NCBI GenBank assembly: GCA_023249645.1
Contig: JAHFCF010000014.1
Coordinates: forward strand, 8,734-72,733
Reading direction: 5' to 3'
DNA length: 64,000 bases
Source of the DNA: Elusimicrobiota bacterium
GTDB taxonomy: Bacteria > Elusimicrobiota > Elusimicrobia > UBA1565 > UBA9628
Within the stretch, counting starts at the first letter, position 1. Each line of letters begins with the position of its first letter. Made by a program: the position numbers and the translations under genes. Under the pieces are notes generated by a model. The model made no database searches. It had not been told where the DNA came from and saw only the letters and a program-made list of their open reading frames with translations. Below, one piece after another: positions 51,628-64,000 of the stretch.

Positions 51628-53724
51628 ATGAGTCCATCGGACCTCCTGAAAAAGCCTATCCAGTACATCACAGGCGTGGGCCCACGCCGCGCCGAAGCCT
51701 TCCAAAGACTCGACGTTGAAACCGTGGCCGACCTGCTGAACCATTTTCCCAGAGCCTGGCAGGACCGGCGAGAGCCCACGGATCTCTCAGCGCCTGCCAA
51801 CGGCAGCGTCGTGGTGGCCTGCGGGAAGGTCCTGCGAGCCGAGTCGCTGCGCGCGGGACCGCGCATGGTCCTCTTCAAGGCCGTCCTGGACGCGCGCGGC
51901 GCGCCGGTCACCGCCCTGTGGTTCAAGCATGCCAGCCGCACCTATGACGTCTTCGCTTCGTTGAAGCGGGATATCGTGCCCGGCCGGGAGCTCTGGGTCA
52001 TCGGCAGCACCCAGCCGAGCCTCCTGGGCGCGCAAGAGATCCACGTGGAGGAGCACTTCCTGGCGGATGCCCCGCGCGCCGGCGTCCATGTCCGGCGCCT
52101 GGTCCCCCTCTACGGCCTCAGCGCGGGCCTCACCCAGCGTCTCGTGAGGGAAGCCGTCTTCTCCGTCGTGGAAGAAGCCTTTCCCCTGCTGCGCGAAGAC
52201 CTTCCCCCCGCCCTCCTGCGATCCCGCAGACTCCTTGAACATCCGCAGGCTCTACGCGCCATCCATTTCCCCTCCTCGCCGGAGGAACTCGCGTCCGCCC
52301 GCGGCCGGCTGGCCTATGAGGAATTGCTCGTGATGGAGCTGGCCTGGGTCTTGAAGCGCCGACAGATCAAGAACATCGCCAAAGGCTACGGCTATGAGAT
52401 CAAGAAGAACCTCCTAGCGCCGTTCCGGCAGAATCTCGGCTTTCAATTCACCGGCGCGCAGACCCGCGTCATCCATGAGATCTTCAAGGACATGCGCCAC
52501 ACCTCTCCCATGACGCGCCTGCTGCAGGGCGACGTGGGCTCGGGAAAGACCGTTGTGGCGCTCTCGGCTCTGCTCTTGGCCGTCGAGAACGGGTTTCAGG
52601 GCGCCTTCCTGGCTCCCACGGAGATCCTCGCGGACCAGCACCTGGCCACGCTGCGCCACTTCCTGCGCGGTCTCCCGGTCAACATCGCCCTGCTGAGCTC
52701 GCGGGTCAAAGCCAAGGAGCGCTCGGCGATCCTCTCGCGCCTCTACCGCGGAGAGATCGACATCGTGGTGGGCACGCACGCGCTTCTGGAGAGCGCCGTC
52801 CAATTCCCACGCCTGCGCCTGGCCGTCATCGACGAGCAGCACCGCTTCGGCGTGCGCCAGCGCGCCACCCTGCGCCAGAAAAGCCGGATCATGGACCTCT
52901 TGATCATGACCGCCACCCCGATCCCCCGGACCCTGGCCCTGGCGCTCTACGGAGACCTGGACGTCTCCACCCTCGATGAGCTGCCGCCGGGCAAGACCAC
53001 GGCCAAGACCTTCCACGCGCCGCAGGCCGAGGCTCTGGATGCCGTGAAGCGCGAGGTCGCGGCCGGCCGCCAGGCCTATATCGTCTATCCCCTCATCGAG
53101 GAGTCCAGCCTCCTGGACCTGCGGTCGGCCAAAAAGGAGTTCGAGCGCTTACGCGCGGGCCCTCTGGCCGGCCTGGATGTCTCCCTCATCCACGGCGCCA
53201 TGCCCGGCAACCAGAAGACTCGCATCATGAACGCCTTTGCCGCGGGGCAATCCCAAGTCCTGGTCGCCACCCCGGTCATCGAGGTCGGCATCGACGTGCC
53301 CAATGCCACGGTCATGGTCATCCAGAACGCGGACCGCTTCGGTCTGGCCTCTTTGCACCAGCTGCGCGGCCGCATCGGCCGCGGCCGGCTCGCCTCCTCC
53401 TGCTTTCTGGTCGCCGCACCCAAGACGCCGCAGGCCCTCCGGCGCATCGCGACCTTGGTGGGATCCTCGGATGGCTTTCGCATCGGAGAGGAGGACCTCA
53501 AGCTGCGCGGCCCGGGCGAATTCCTCGGAACGGCCCAGCATGGCGAACTTTCGCTCGCCATCGCCGACCTCGTCAAGGACGCGCCGCTCTTGGCCGCGGC
53601 CAGGCAGGACGCGCAAAAACTCCTGGACGAAGATGCTCGGCTCCTGAAGCCCGAGAACGCGGGCCTGCGCGACAAGCTCATCTCGCTCTACCAGAAGAAA
53701 TGGGGATGCGTGGATTTGGCGTAG
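51628..53724 (+). CDS. recG: ATP-dependent DNA helicase RecG
   Basis: It has a wedge domain, the motif I GDVGSGKT, DEQHRFGV, the helicase C-terminal QLHQLRGRIGRG and the TRG motif region. Confidence 0.9.
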   Translation: MSPSDLLKKPIQYITGVGPRRAEAFQRLDVETVADLLNHFPRAWQDRREPTDLSAPANGSVVVACGKVLRAESLRAGPRMVLFKAVLDARGAPVTALWFKHASRTYDVFASLKRDIVPGRELWVIGSTQPSLLGAQEIHVEEHFLADAPRAGVHVRRLVPLYGLSAGLTQRLVREAVFSVVEEAFPLLREDLPPALLRSRRLLEHPQALRAIHFPSSPEELASARGRLAYEELLVMELAWVLKRRQIKNIAKGYGYEIKKNLLAPFRQNLGFQFTGAQTRVIHEIFKDMRHTSPMTRLLQGDVGSGKTVVALSALLLAVENGFQGAFLAPTEILADQHLATLRHFLRGLPVNIALLSSRVKAKERSAILSRLYRGEIDIVVGTHALLESAVQFPRLRLAVIDEQHRFGVRQRATLRQKSRIMDLLIMTATPIPRTLALALYGDLDVSTLDELPPGKTTAKTFHAPQAEALDAVKREVAAGRQAYIVYPLIEESSLLDLRSAKKEFERLRAGPLAGLDVSLIHGAMPGNQKTRIMNAFAAGQSQVLVATPVIEVGIDVPNATVMVIQNADRFGLASLHQLRGRIGRGRLASSCFLVAAPKTPQALRRIATLVGSSDGFRIGEEDLKLRGPGEFLGTAQHGELSLAIADLVKDAPLLAAARQDAQKLLDEDARLLKPENAGLRDKLISLYQKKWGCVDLA

Positions 53725-53756
53725 GCATCCTTGGGCTGTCCTCGCGAATGGGCCGC

Positions 53757-54506
53757 TTATCGAGCGTGTTGGATTTGGATCGATACGGACATGTCGGCGT
53801 CGGTGGGGTGATGGATATGGCCCTCCGGTGTTGGATAGAAGTAGTCATCTCTGATCGAAATCTCTTGTGATTGGGCACTGATATGGGAAAGCTCTACGCA
53901 CTTGTCCTGGAGTTCAGTCTCCCAGAAAAAATAAGCCGGCTGCCGCATGACGACGCAGATTTTCCAGGGATTATCGCTTTGGTGTTTTTTCAGGAAAGCG
54001 TTCAGTTTGGCGCTCTCAATCCTGACTTCGTTTCCTTGGACATCGACTGCCTTATGGGCAGGCACTTCTATAACACTGGAGGATCCCAATGTTTTGTCAA
54101 TCGGCCGGTCCACATCCTGCGACAGACGCCCCAGGATGGGGGTAGGGTTAGGTCCCGCCAGCGTGAATCCGTGCAGTTTCACCTCGAAATAAAATCTGGG
54201 CCCTTGCCCCCAGCGCCCGGGCGCATTGCCGCTGGCAATCCGGTTTAGATTCACCACCAGGACATCGTCCCCCTGAGCCGATTGTACCGCAGCAGGAGCC
54301 TTCCCATTGATTTTTTGGGCAGTGTTTTGCACGGCAGTCCGTGCTGATTGCTCGGCGGTGGATAAAGCGTCCTCCTTGGGCCCGTCGCGCAAGGACTGTT
54401 TTTCGGAGGCCGTCAAAGATAAGTTGTCAGCACGGTTGAGATGCATCCACGCGCCTGCTACCACGATTGCGGGGATTGCGACAAAGCCTAGAAGAATCTT
54501 TTTCAT
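53757..54506 (-). CDS. Hypothetical secreted protein
   Basis: The signal/anchor is MKKILLGFVAIPAIVVAGAW. I recognised no family, and the DNA is visibly more AT-rich than its flanks. Confidence 0.5.
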   Translation of the reverse strand: MKKILLGFVAIPAIVVAGAWMHLNRADNLSLTASEKQSLRDGPKEDALSTAEQSARTAVQNTAQKINGKAPAAVQSAQGDDVLVVNLNRIASGNAPGRWGQGPRFYFEVKLHGFTLAGPNPTPILGRLSQDVDRPIDKTLGSSSVIEVPAHKAVDVQGNEVRIESAKLNAFLKKHQSDNPWKICVVMRQPAYFFWETELQDKCVELSHISAQSQEISIRDDYFYPTPEGHIHHPTDADMSVSIQIQHAR

Positions 54507-54637
54507 CGGCTTCCACCTCACTAACAGCGTGGCGACATCTAAGTATAAGGCCCGCTCCCAATTCTGTCAAGTGTTGCGTTTTCCCTTTGGCCTGCTTAGG
54601 CCTTGAATTTTTTCCTTTTCGGGGCTACACTTCTCTG

Positions 54638-55798
54638 GTGCGCACGCTGATCCTCGTCACCGCCCTCTTGGGCCTCCACTCTCTGTGTGCGGCCAACATC
54701 ACCATTACAATTCAGCCCCCTGCCGACATCGACATAACCGACTCCTCTTTCGAGGACAGTAAGGCTGCGGTTGCTGAGTGTGTCAATTCACCCCTCTGCT
54801 TGGCAAACAAAAAGCAGCATTCGATCACCTGCACCGGCGACGAAAAGAAGCTGGTCACGCACTTTTGTCAGCGAAGAATGCGGGCCTCTTTGGCCAAACT
54901 ATGGAAAAACAAGGTGTCGGTCCAGATCCAGAACTCCTCTTCCGCTCCGGGCCCCGGCACTGCACAACCTGCGATCCATCCGAAACTGCAAGGCAACTTC
55001 AAGGCTCCGGCAGCCGCACTCAGCAGGTTGCCCACACAGCAGCAGGTGTGTTATGACAATAACACCCGCCCCCAAGCACTCATCGTGAAGGAGCGTCCCG
55101 CAGCCCCCGTGCTCGGCACACGACAGGCTCAACATGCCGACGTCCCCACGGCGCCGGCCAAAAAAGGATTCAAGCCCAAGCCGGTGCCCCTCCCGTTGGC
55201 AAAGACCGCCCCAGAACAGCTCTTGAACCAAGATGCGGAACGCCAATGGGTGACCGAGGTCCTCTGTGGAGAAACCTGCACTCTGCGCCCAAGTTTGAAA
55301 GACCCCCACGGACCGGACACCCTCTCCAACTATGATCTCAAATCTCTCCGCAAATTGACGCAAGCCCGCGTAGAGATGGCAAAAATCATCTTGGCTTTGG
55401 GGCGACGTCCTAACAGCGACAGACAAAAACTGACCGAGCACGTTCTCGCTCGACCCCAAAAATTGCCGTCTTTGGCCGCGTGCCAGAAAAAACCGGGTCT
55501 CTTGTGGCTGAGAGCCAGCATTACAGTCGCGGCCAAAGAAGCTTTCGTTCATCCCAAAGATGTTGGCCATCGCGATCACTATGTCAATGGACCTCCGGCT
55601 GGGCCCAACGAGCACCCTGCGACCAATGCACATCACCAAGCCGTCCCGGCACACAACAACCCAGACATCACTGCGGATTGGCCGTATGATTATGAAGGAG
55701 ACATCGACAAGTCCTACTGCCAATTGCGCAATGGTCGCTACCACAATCGAAAGGAATGCATTTATTTTTATAAAAGCAGGATATGGAAAAAAACTTAA
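54638..55798 (+). CDS. Hypothetical Cys-containing secreted protein
   Basis: It starts at a GTG with VRTLILVTALLGLHSLCAAN. It has about 12 Cys, a Pro/Ala/Lys-rich middle part and a His-rich C-terminal part. I recognised no family, and the start is uncertain. Confidence 0.45.
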   Translation: MRTLILVTALLGLHSLCAANITITIQPPADIDITDSSFEDSKAAVAECVNSPLCLANKKQHSITCTGDEKKLVTHFCQRRMRASLAKLWKNKVSVQIQNSSSAPGPGTAQPAIHPKLQGNFKAPAAALSRLPTQQQVCYDNNTRPQALIVKERPAAPVLGTRQAQHADVPTAPAKKGFKPKPVPLPLAKTAPEQLLNQDAERQWVTEVLCGETCTLRPSLKDPHGPDTLSNYDLKSLRKLTQARVEMAKIILALGRRPNSDRQKLTEHVLARPQKLPSLAACQKKPGLLWLRASITVAAKEAFVHPKDVGHRDHYVNGPPAGPNEHPATNAHHQAVPAHNNPDITADWPYDYEGDIDKSYCQLRNGRYHNRKECIYFYKSRIWKKT

Positions 55799-56067
55799 TG
55801 CCCGGCTATAAGATGCTGCGCTGGATGGGCATTGCCGCAGGGCTTTTGACCCTCTACTTCGTTGCCTACGGCCTCTCCCCGCGCCAACCGGCCGTCAACA
55901 TGGCCTATTTCGTTTATTCAGAAGACGCGGACATCGAAGACTTCTGCTATTACTTCTTCATGCCCGCCTACGACGCCCATAAAGCCGCCTGGACCGCCCT
56001 TCATCGCCCCTTCACCCGCCACAGCTGGGACCGGCCAGAACTGCCGCCAGAGATCTTCGCCGAGTGA
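55798..56067 (+). CDS. Small hypothetical membrane protein
   Basis: A TAATG junction joins it to the upstream gene, and it has one TM segment (WMGIAAGLLTLYFVAYGL). Confidence 0.4.
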   Translation: MPGYKMLRWMGIAAGLLTLYFVAYGLSPRQPAVNMAYFVYSEDADIEDFCYYFFMPAYDAHKAAWTALHRPFTRHSWDRPELPPEIFAE

Positions 56068-56091
56068 CGAAATGCTTAAATATATCTCACC

Positions 56092-56928
56092 ATGCGCGCG
56101 GGCATACTCGCTGCTTTAATCGCCGTGCCGAGCCTCGCCTTCGCCCAAGAAGTGCAGCGTGAAGAGCTCTTCATCCTCGGCTGGAACGACGCCTGCTCCG
56201 TGGCCGTCGCCCATTACGGCTACAGCGCTCTAGCCCAAGACCCGGTCTTCGCCCGCATCGGGGCGCTCACCATCGCGCCGGGACAGCAATCTGCTAAGGC
56301 CGCTTGGGCCGCTGATTGGTCCGGTGACAATACCTGGCGATCCTCTGAAGCGGACAAGCTCCGCCGCGAGCTGGCCGTTTCCCACAACCAAGCCGGTTTC
56401 CCGGAAACCATCCAGGTCTCCCATCCCTCCAGCCGCGCGGTCCTTGACGACATCCTGCGCTCCACGCAGACCTTTCATCTGCGCCTGAATGCCGGCTGGC
56501 CGTCCCCGCCCTGGCGCCTGGGCCAGATCCATTACTCCCCACTCGGGAGCTGCGGGCTCTTCATCTTCGTCAATGACCGCGCTCCGAAGCCTGTGTACAG
56601 CTACGTGCTCGCGCGCCTCTACAATCCCGGAGCGAGGATCACGCGCAGCCACGCGCACTCCGCCAAGTCCCAGCTCCTCTTGGAGGCCGGCGACCTGCCC
56701 GACGCCCTGAAGGAAGCCGCCGTCGCCGCCCAGATGGCACCCCTGCAGGCTCCGGCGCGCTATCATCACGCGGTCCTGCTCTGCCTCTCCGGCAGCCTCG
56801 CCGAAGCCGAAGAGGAGCTGGTCGAGGCGATCACGCTCGATGCGCGGTATAAGAGCCAAGCGCGGACGGACAAGAATCTCGAAAGCCTCTGGTCTTCTCG
56901 ACGCTTCCAGGAGATCACGAAGCGCTGA
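56092..56928 (+). CDS. Hypothetical secreted protein with a TPR-like C-terminus
   Basis: The signal peptide is MRAGILAALIAVPSLAFAQE. The C-terminal part, ALKEAAVAAQMAPLQAPARYHHAVLLCLSGSLAEAEEELVEAITLD, is TPR-like. Confidence 0.5.
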   Translation: MRAGILAALIAVPSLAFAQEVQREELFILGWNDACSVAVAHYGYSALAQDPVFARIGALTIAPGQQSAKAAWAADWSGDNTWRSSEADKLRRELAVSHNQAGFPETIQVSHPSSRAVLDDILRSTQTFHLRLNAGWPSPPWRLGQIHYSPLGSCGLFIFVNDRAPKPVYSYVLARLYNPGARITRSHAHSAKSQLLLEAGDLPDALKEAAVAAQMAPLQAPARYHHAVLLCLSGSLAEAEEELVEAITLDARYKSQARTDKNLESLWSSRRFQEITKR

Positions 56929-56929
56929 T

Positions 56930-60208
<3,279 letters not shown>

Positions 60209-60216
60209 AGTAACTC

Positions 60217-60705
60217 ATGGCCCAGATCGCCATCTACCCCGGAAGCTTCGACCCTCTGACCAAGGGACATCTCGACATCATCCAGCGCGCGGCCCGCATC
60301 TTCGACCATGTCATCGTGGCCGTATCCAACAACCCCGCCAAAAAACCTTTCTTCAGCCTGGCCGAGCGCATCCAGATGGCGGAACTCGTCATCCGCGACA
60401 TCCCCAACGCGGATGTGGACACCTATTCCGGCCTCTTGGTGGACTACCTCAAGGCGCGCAAGGCCCGCATCCTCATCCGCGGCCTGCGCGTGGTCTCGGA
60501 CATGGACTACGAGTTCCAGATCGCCTCCTTCAACCGCCGCATGTACAAGGAAGTCGAAACCGTATTCCTGATGCCCGACGAGCAATACACCTATTTCGCC
60601 TCCTCTTTGGTCAAGGAAGTGTGCCGGCGCGGAGCTCCGGCAGAGACCTTCGTGCCGGCTCCCATCGCACGCCTGCTGCGCAAGAGATTCAGTCCCAAGA
60701 AATAG
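60217..60705 (+). CDS. coaD: Phosphopantetheine adenylyltransferase
   Basis: It has IAIYPGSFDPLTKGHLDII and the ISSSLVKE-like SSLVKEV. Confidence 0.9.
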   Translation: MAQIAIYPGSFDPLTKGHLDIIQRAARIFDHVIVAVSNNPAKKPFFSLAERIQMAELVIRDIPNADVDTYSGLLVDYLKARKARILIRGLRVVSDMDYEFQIASFNRRMYKEVETVFLMPDEQYTYFASSLVKEVCRRGAPAETFVPAPIARLLRKRFSPKK

Positions 60706-60708
60706 CCC

Positions 60709-61473
60709 TTGAACAGACAGTTCCTGTCTTTTCTCACGGCCCTGGGCATCGCTCTGTTCCTGGTCGCCGGCATCCTGGCGCTGCGCACCTACCAGCGCGG
60801 CATCACCATCAATTTGGGCGACGACACGCTTCCCGCCCTGCCTCCGCCGCCTCTGGCCCTCGCACAGCCGCAGAAGAAGGAACTGCTGCCTTCGGACGCG
60901 GATATCCAGCGGGTGGCCACGAGCGAGGATCGCGACCCGGATCCGTCCGCCAGCTTTTTCGGGCCTCGCCTGGGCGCGCCGGGATCCCGCCTGCGCAGCG
61001 CCGAAGCCCTGAGGGAATTGATGCGCCTGAGGCAAAATGTCGAGGTGGATAAAAAACCCTCGGTCCCGTTGGAGGGAAAGACCGTCCCCGTTCTGGCCCA
61101 ACCAGAGCCGGGGGGCGCTGCTGTGGACAACGAAGCGTCCCCATGGTCCGGGCCCTATGCCAGCGGAGAGGCAGGGACTCTCGTGATCACGGACCCAGAC
61201 TCCTGGGCCCGGTCCTGGCGCCGCGTGTCCGCGCATGCGCATCCTGTGGTGGATTTCAAGGATCAGCAGATCGTCGCGGTCTTCCTCGGCTATCGCTCCG
61301 GCGGAGGATTCCGCGTCGAGATCTCCTCGGCCGTGCGCATGGACGCCGCGGCCATGACCGTGTTTTGGAAAGAGGTCCCCTCCTCCCCCGTGAAGGATGG
61401 CGCGACATCCCCCTTCGCCATGCGCCAGATGCCCAGGACCTCCCTGCCTGTCCGCTTCGAGCAACTCCCCTGA
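60709..61473 (+). CDS. Membrane-anchored protein with a PrcB-C-terminal-like domain
   Basis: It starts at a TTG with an N-terminal TM segment. The C-terminal part, LVITDPDSWARSW....VDFKDQQIVAVFLGYRSGGGFRVEISS, matches my recollection of the PrcB_C pattern (vDFs...vvavflG.r.tgGy.v.i). Confidence 0.45.
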   Translation: MNRQFLSFLTALGIALFLVAGILALRTYQRGITINLGDDTLPALPPPPLALAQPQKKELLPSDADIQRVATSEDRDPDPSASFFGPRLGAPGSRLRSAEALRELMRLRQNVEVDKKPSVPLEGKTVPVLAQPEPGGAAVDNEASPWSGPYASGEAGTLVITDPDSWARSWRRVSAHAHPVVDFKDQQIVAVFLGYRSGGGFRVEISSAVRMDAAAMTVFWKEVPSSPVKDGATSPFAMRQMPRTSLPVRFEQLP

Positions 61474-61590
61474 GCTCGCTCGCATATCCTTATAGGCCTT
61501 AAGTCCTAGCTACCTCTAGGTCCTTTATCTCAAGAAAAATAGGTCCAAAGACCTAGCCCCGCCGACAAAGGCCCATGGTAATATTGCCGC

Positions 61591-62328
61591 ATGAAAGCCT
61601 TCGCTCTCTGCCTGCTCCTCTGGGCAGGACCAGCCGGCGCGGCTTTCCAAGCGGTCACCCTTCCGGCACCCTCCCATCCCCTGATCCGCGTGCTCGCGAT
61701 CGGGGCGAACACGTCGGGCGCGATGAATGTCCTTCCCGAAGCTCTGCAGAAACAGTCCGGCACGATGTCCGAACTCGCGCTGATCAATCTGGGCGAATAC
61801 ACCGAAGGCATCGCCAACGAACGGGAGATGCTCGTCATCGGACACGAAACAGGAGTCATCGTGCTGCCGAGAACAGTCGTCCCGGGCGACGTCGCCAAAC
61901 ACGTGTCACTGGCCAACGACGGCCAACCCGCACGCTACTTCCCAATAACAGAAACGGCGATCAAGGATGCGCTGCAGCATCTGAGCAACTCAACACCCGC
62001 CCAAGCATACCAACAGCTCTTAGAAGAATGCATCAAGACGAGCGCGGACTGCGGCGCACTCCCAGAGGACGCGGCAGGGGCCAGCGCCTCTCGCAGGACG
62101 AGTTCTCTCAAACGGGGAGACAAGGCGATGATCCGCATCGTCGATGCCGGACGCACCACCTATAAGGAAACCCAAGTGATGCGCGTTTTCAATAGCCATG
62201 TCTGGGAAGCCGGCAGCGCGGAGCCTTACGATCGCACCACGGGGCAATGGACCGGGAACAACTGGAACCCGGGTGTCACGCGGTATCTGGAACCGATCCC
62301 TGAGGGCGGCATCCCCCCGAACCAGTAG
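61591..62328 (+). CDS. Hypothetical secreted protein
   Basis: The signal peptide is MKAFALCLLLWAGPAGAAFQ. I recognised no family. Confidence 0.5.
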   Translation: MKAFALCLLLWAGPAGAAFQAVTLPAPSHPLIRVLAIGANTSGAMNVLPEALQKQSGTMSELALINLGEYTEGIANEREMLVIGHETGVIVLPRTVVPGDVAKHVSLANDGQPARYFPITETAIKDALQHLSNSTPAQAYQQLLEECIKTSADCGALPEDAAGASASRRTSSLKRGDKAMIRIVDAGRTTYKETQVMRVFNSHVWEAGSAEPYDRTTGQWTGNNWNPGVTRYLEPIPEGGIPPNQ

Positions 62329-62333
62329 TCTCT

Positions 62334-63626
62334 CTAGGCCCGGCGTCGGACCTTCAAGGTCAGGCTCTCCACGGAATCGATCCGGACCTCACTGCCCGCC
62401 GGAATAGTGCCTTCTAAAGACTCGGCGCGCCAAAGCTCCCCGCTCAGCGTCACCTGTCCTCGCGGAGACAGATCCTCCACAACCACCGCCACCTGGCCAG
62501 CCAATCCCTCGGCCCCGGCCTTGGAGCGGCGAGCGAAGACTCTCGTGGCGATGGCCAACAGGGCCGTGACCAGGACCGCCAAGGTGCCCACCGTGCTCCC
62601 GAGCACGCTCCAGGAAATCCGCAGGCCGCCTCCGGACTCCCTAAACAGCATCATGGCCCCCAAGAGGATGGCTGCGGTGCCGCTCAAGGCCAGCAGGCCA
62701 TAGCTGGCGATCTTGATCTCCACCACATACAAGAGGAAGCCCACCAGCATCAAAAGGACGCCAGCGAAGCTGGCCGATAGAGTCTGAAAGGAATAAAAAG
62801 CCAAGATCAAAGAGACCGCTCCCACGATGCCCGGCAAAATGAGTCCCGGACTATAGAGCTCGATCAAAAGCCCCGAGACCCCCAAGGTCATCAGGATCAT
62901 GGCGATGTTCGGATCCGAGACCGCGGCAAGGAATTTCTGGCGGTTGGTCATGGGAAAGCGGACGAGCTCCGCTCCCCGAGTGCGAAGGGTCAGTCTGGGG
63001 AAATCCGGGAGCCTTCGGCCATCAACGGCCGCGAGCAGTTCGTCGAGGCTTTTAGCCTCCAGATCGACCACATGGGAACGCACGGCCTCGGCGGACACGA
63101 TCGAAGTGCTTCGCGTCACTCCTTCAGCGGCCCAAGAGGTGTTGCGGCCGCGGCGCGCGGCGATAGCCTGCAGATACGCGCTCGCATCCTGGACGATCTT
63201 TCCTTCCATGACCGCGTCCGGCTTGTCTTTGCCGCCTCCCACCCCCGGCATGGTCCCGATGGACACGGGATGCGCCGCGCCGATATTGGTGCCTGGCGTC
63301 ATGGCCGCGATATGCGCCGCCATCGTGATGAAAACCCCGGCCGAGGCGGCCCGCGCCCCCGCGGGAGAGACATAGACGATGACCGGAACCTCGGAGGCGA
63401 GGATCGCCTTGACGATCTGCCTCATGGACAAGTCCAGCCCACCCGGCGTGTCGAGCTCGATGACCAGGGCCGAGACATGCTGCGCCGCCGCGGCAGAGAC
63501 CGCTCCCTCCAGATATTCCGCGGCCGCCGGATTGATGATCCCGCAATAGGTCGCCACCAAGACCCGGGGCGCTGGCGCGGCCCAAGAAAAACCAGACAGA
63601 AGAAGCGTCAGCAGCCAACTCGTCAT
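62334..63626 (-). CDS. nfeD: NfeD-family membrane-bound ClpP-class serine protease
   Basis: It has the periplasmic ClpP-like domain (LDTPGGL, AASAGVFI), about 5 TM segments and a C-terminal OB-fold NfeD domain (GQVTLSGELWRA). Confidence 0.8.
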   Translation of the reverse strand: MTSWLLTLLLSGFSWAAPAPRVLVATYCGIINPAAAEYLEGAVSAAAAQHVSALVIELDTPGGLDLSMRQIVKAILASEVPVIVYVSPAGARAASAGVFITMAAHIAAMTPGTNIGAAHPVSIGTMPGVGGGKDKPDAVMEGKIVQDASAYLQAIAARRGRNTSWAAEGVTRSTSIVSAEAVRSHVVDLEAKSLDELLAAVDGRRLPDFPRLTLRTRGAELVRFPMTNRQKFLAAVSDPNIAMILMTLGVSGLLIELYSPGLILPGIVGAVSLILAFYSFQTLSASFAGVLLMLVGFLLYVVEIKIASYGLLALSGTAAILLGAMMLFRESGGGLRISWSVLGSTVGTLAVLVTALLAIATRVFARRSKAGAEGLAGQVAVVVEDLSPRGQVTLSGELWRAESLEGTIPAGSEVRIDSVESLTLKVRRRA

Positions 63627-63636
63627 AGCGCCTCCA

Positions 63637-64000
63637 TCACTGGACCGTCTTCATGCGCGAGGGCGGCCAATACACGAGCCAGGCCTTCCCCTTAAGATAT
63701 TTCTCCTCCACCGGGCCCCAATAGCGCGAATCACAGGAACGGTCGCGATTGTCGCCCATGACGAAATAGGCGTGCGGCGGCACGGTCACCGGGCCGAAAT
63801 AATCCTTCTGGATGTCCTGGAGTTCCCGGTCCAAGGCATGGCTCTGCCAGATCTCCTGATAACGCTGCGGCGAGAGCTCGTGCGCGTGGACCGACTCGGG
63901 CTGGCGCCGCGTGCCGTCCAAGTACTGCGCGTAATTCTCGTCGCTCTGCTCATGCCCGTTCAGGAAGACCCGGCCCGCGCTGACCTGGATCCGATCGCCC
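63637..64000 (-). CDS. lepB: Signal peptidase I, C-terminal part (5' end beyond the window)
   Basis: My own translation continues upstream of the track ORF: [23 protein letters not shown]...[23 protein letters not shown]. This includes the box D/E motifs GDNR..S.DSR. Confidence 0.85.
   Translation of the reverse strand, partial: GDRIQVSAGRVFLNGHEQSDENYAQYLDGTRRQPESVHAHELSPQRYQEIWQSHALDRELQDIQKDYFGPVTVPPHAYFVMGDNRDRSCDSRYWGPVEEKYLKGKAWLVYWPPSRMKTVQ

Noticed and set aside
54560-54630. A small hairpin, ggcct-gctt-aggcc, followed by a T-rich run, as a possible terminator.
   Set aside because: The stem is only 5 bp. It lies upstream of both flanking divergent genes rather than after a gene end, so a terminator role is not supported.

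Overview
This is a high-GC (by eye about 60-65 %) chromosomal segment of a diderm bacterium, probably an uncultivated lineage. It is almost fully coding (about 60 genes). I saw no rRNA, tRNA, CRISPR array, transposase or integrase. Layout: (i) 1-12.9 kb, minus strand: a 12-gene, translationally coupled envelope-glycan operon. It holds an AsnB-type amidotransferase, an SDR, an NDP-hexose C-methyltransferase, an FdtA-like ketoisomerase, a GT2, a methyltransferase, two ArnT/PMT-like GT-C proteins, a Wzy_C-TPR protein, GmhA, GmhB and a B12-radical SAM protein. (ii) 13.0-16.2 kb, plus strand: an orphan 637-aa secreted protein and an AAA+/PD-(D/E)xK (DUF4143-type) ATPase. (iii) 16.2-29.1 kb, minus strand: pilMNOPQ running without a break into a Wzy_C-TPR protein, two YfhO-like GT-C proteins, an MprF-TM-like protein, a methyltransferase and a GT4. 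(iv) 29.3-36.4 kb, plus strand: a six-gene inositol operon, my best candidate for an undescribed pathway. It holds a HAD-nucleotidyltransferase fusion, an ITPK1-like ATP-grasp protein, a class-III aminotransferase, a Gfo/Idh/MocA dehydrogenase, a DIPPS-like CDP-alcohol phosphotransferase and myo-inositol-phosphate synthase. (v) 36.5-37.8 kb: VapBC and MNT/HEPN modules. (vi) 37.9-49.2 kb: bamA-skp-lpxD-lpxC-fabZ-lpxA-lpxI-gfo-lpxB-rel-gtrA. (vii) 49.2-64 kb: housekeeping genes (nitrilase family, rpmB, recG, metH, coaD, nfeD, lepB) interspersed with orphan secreted proteins, including an AT-richer islet at 53.7-56.9 kb. All functional calls come from motif recognition in the translated ORFs and from remembered family signatures, not from database searches. 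Many ORF-track starts are over-extended (the track takes the most upstream ATG/GTG/TTG), and I re-set them where gene junctions or N-terminal motifs allowed.
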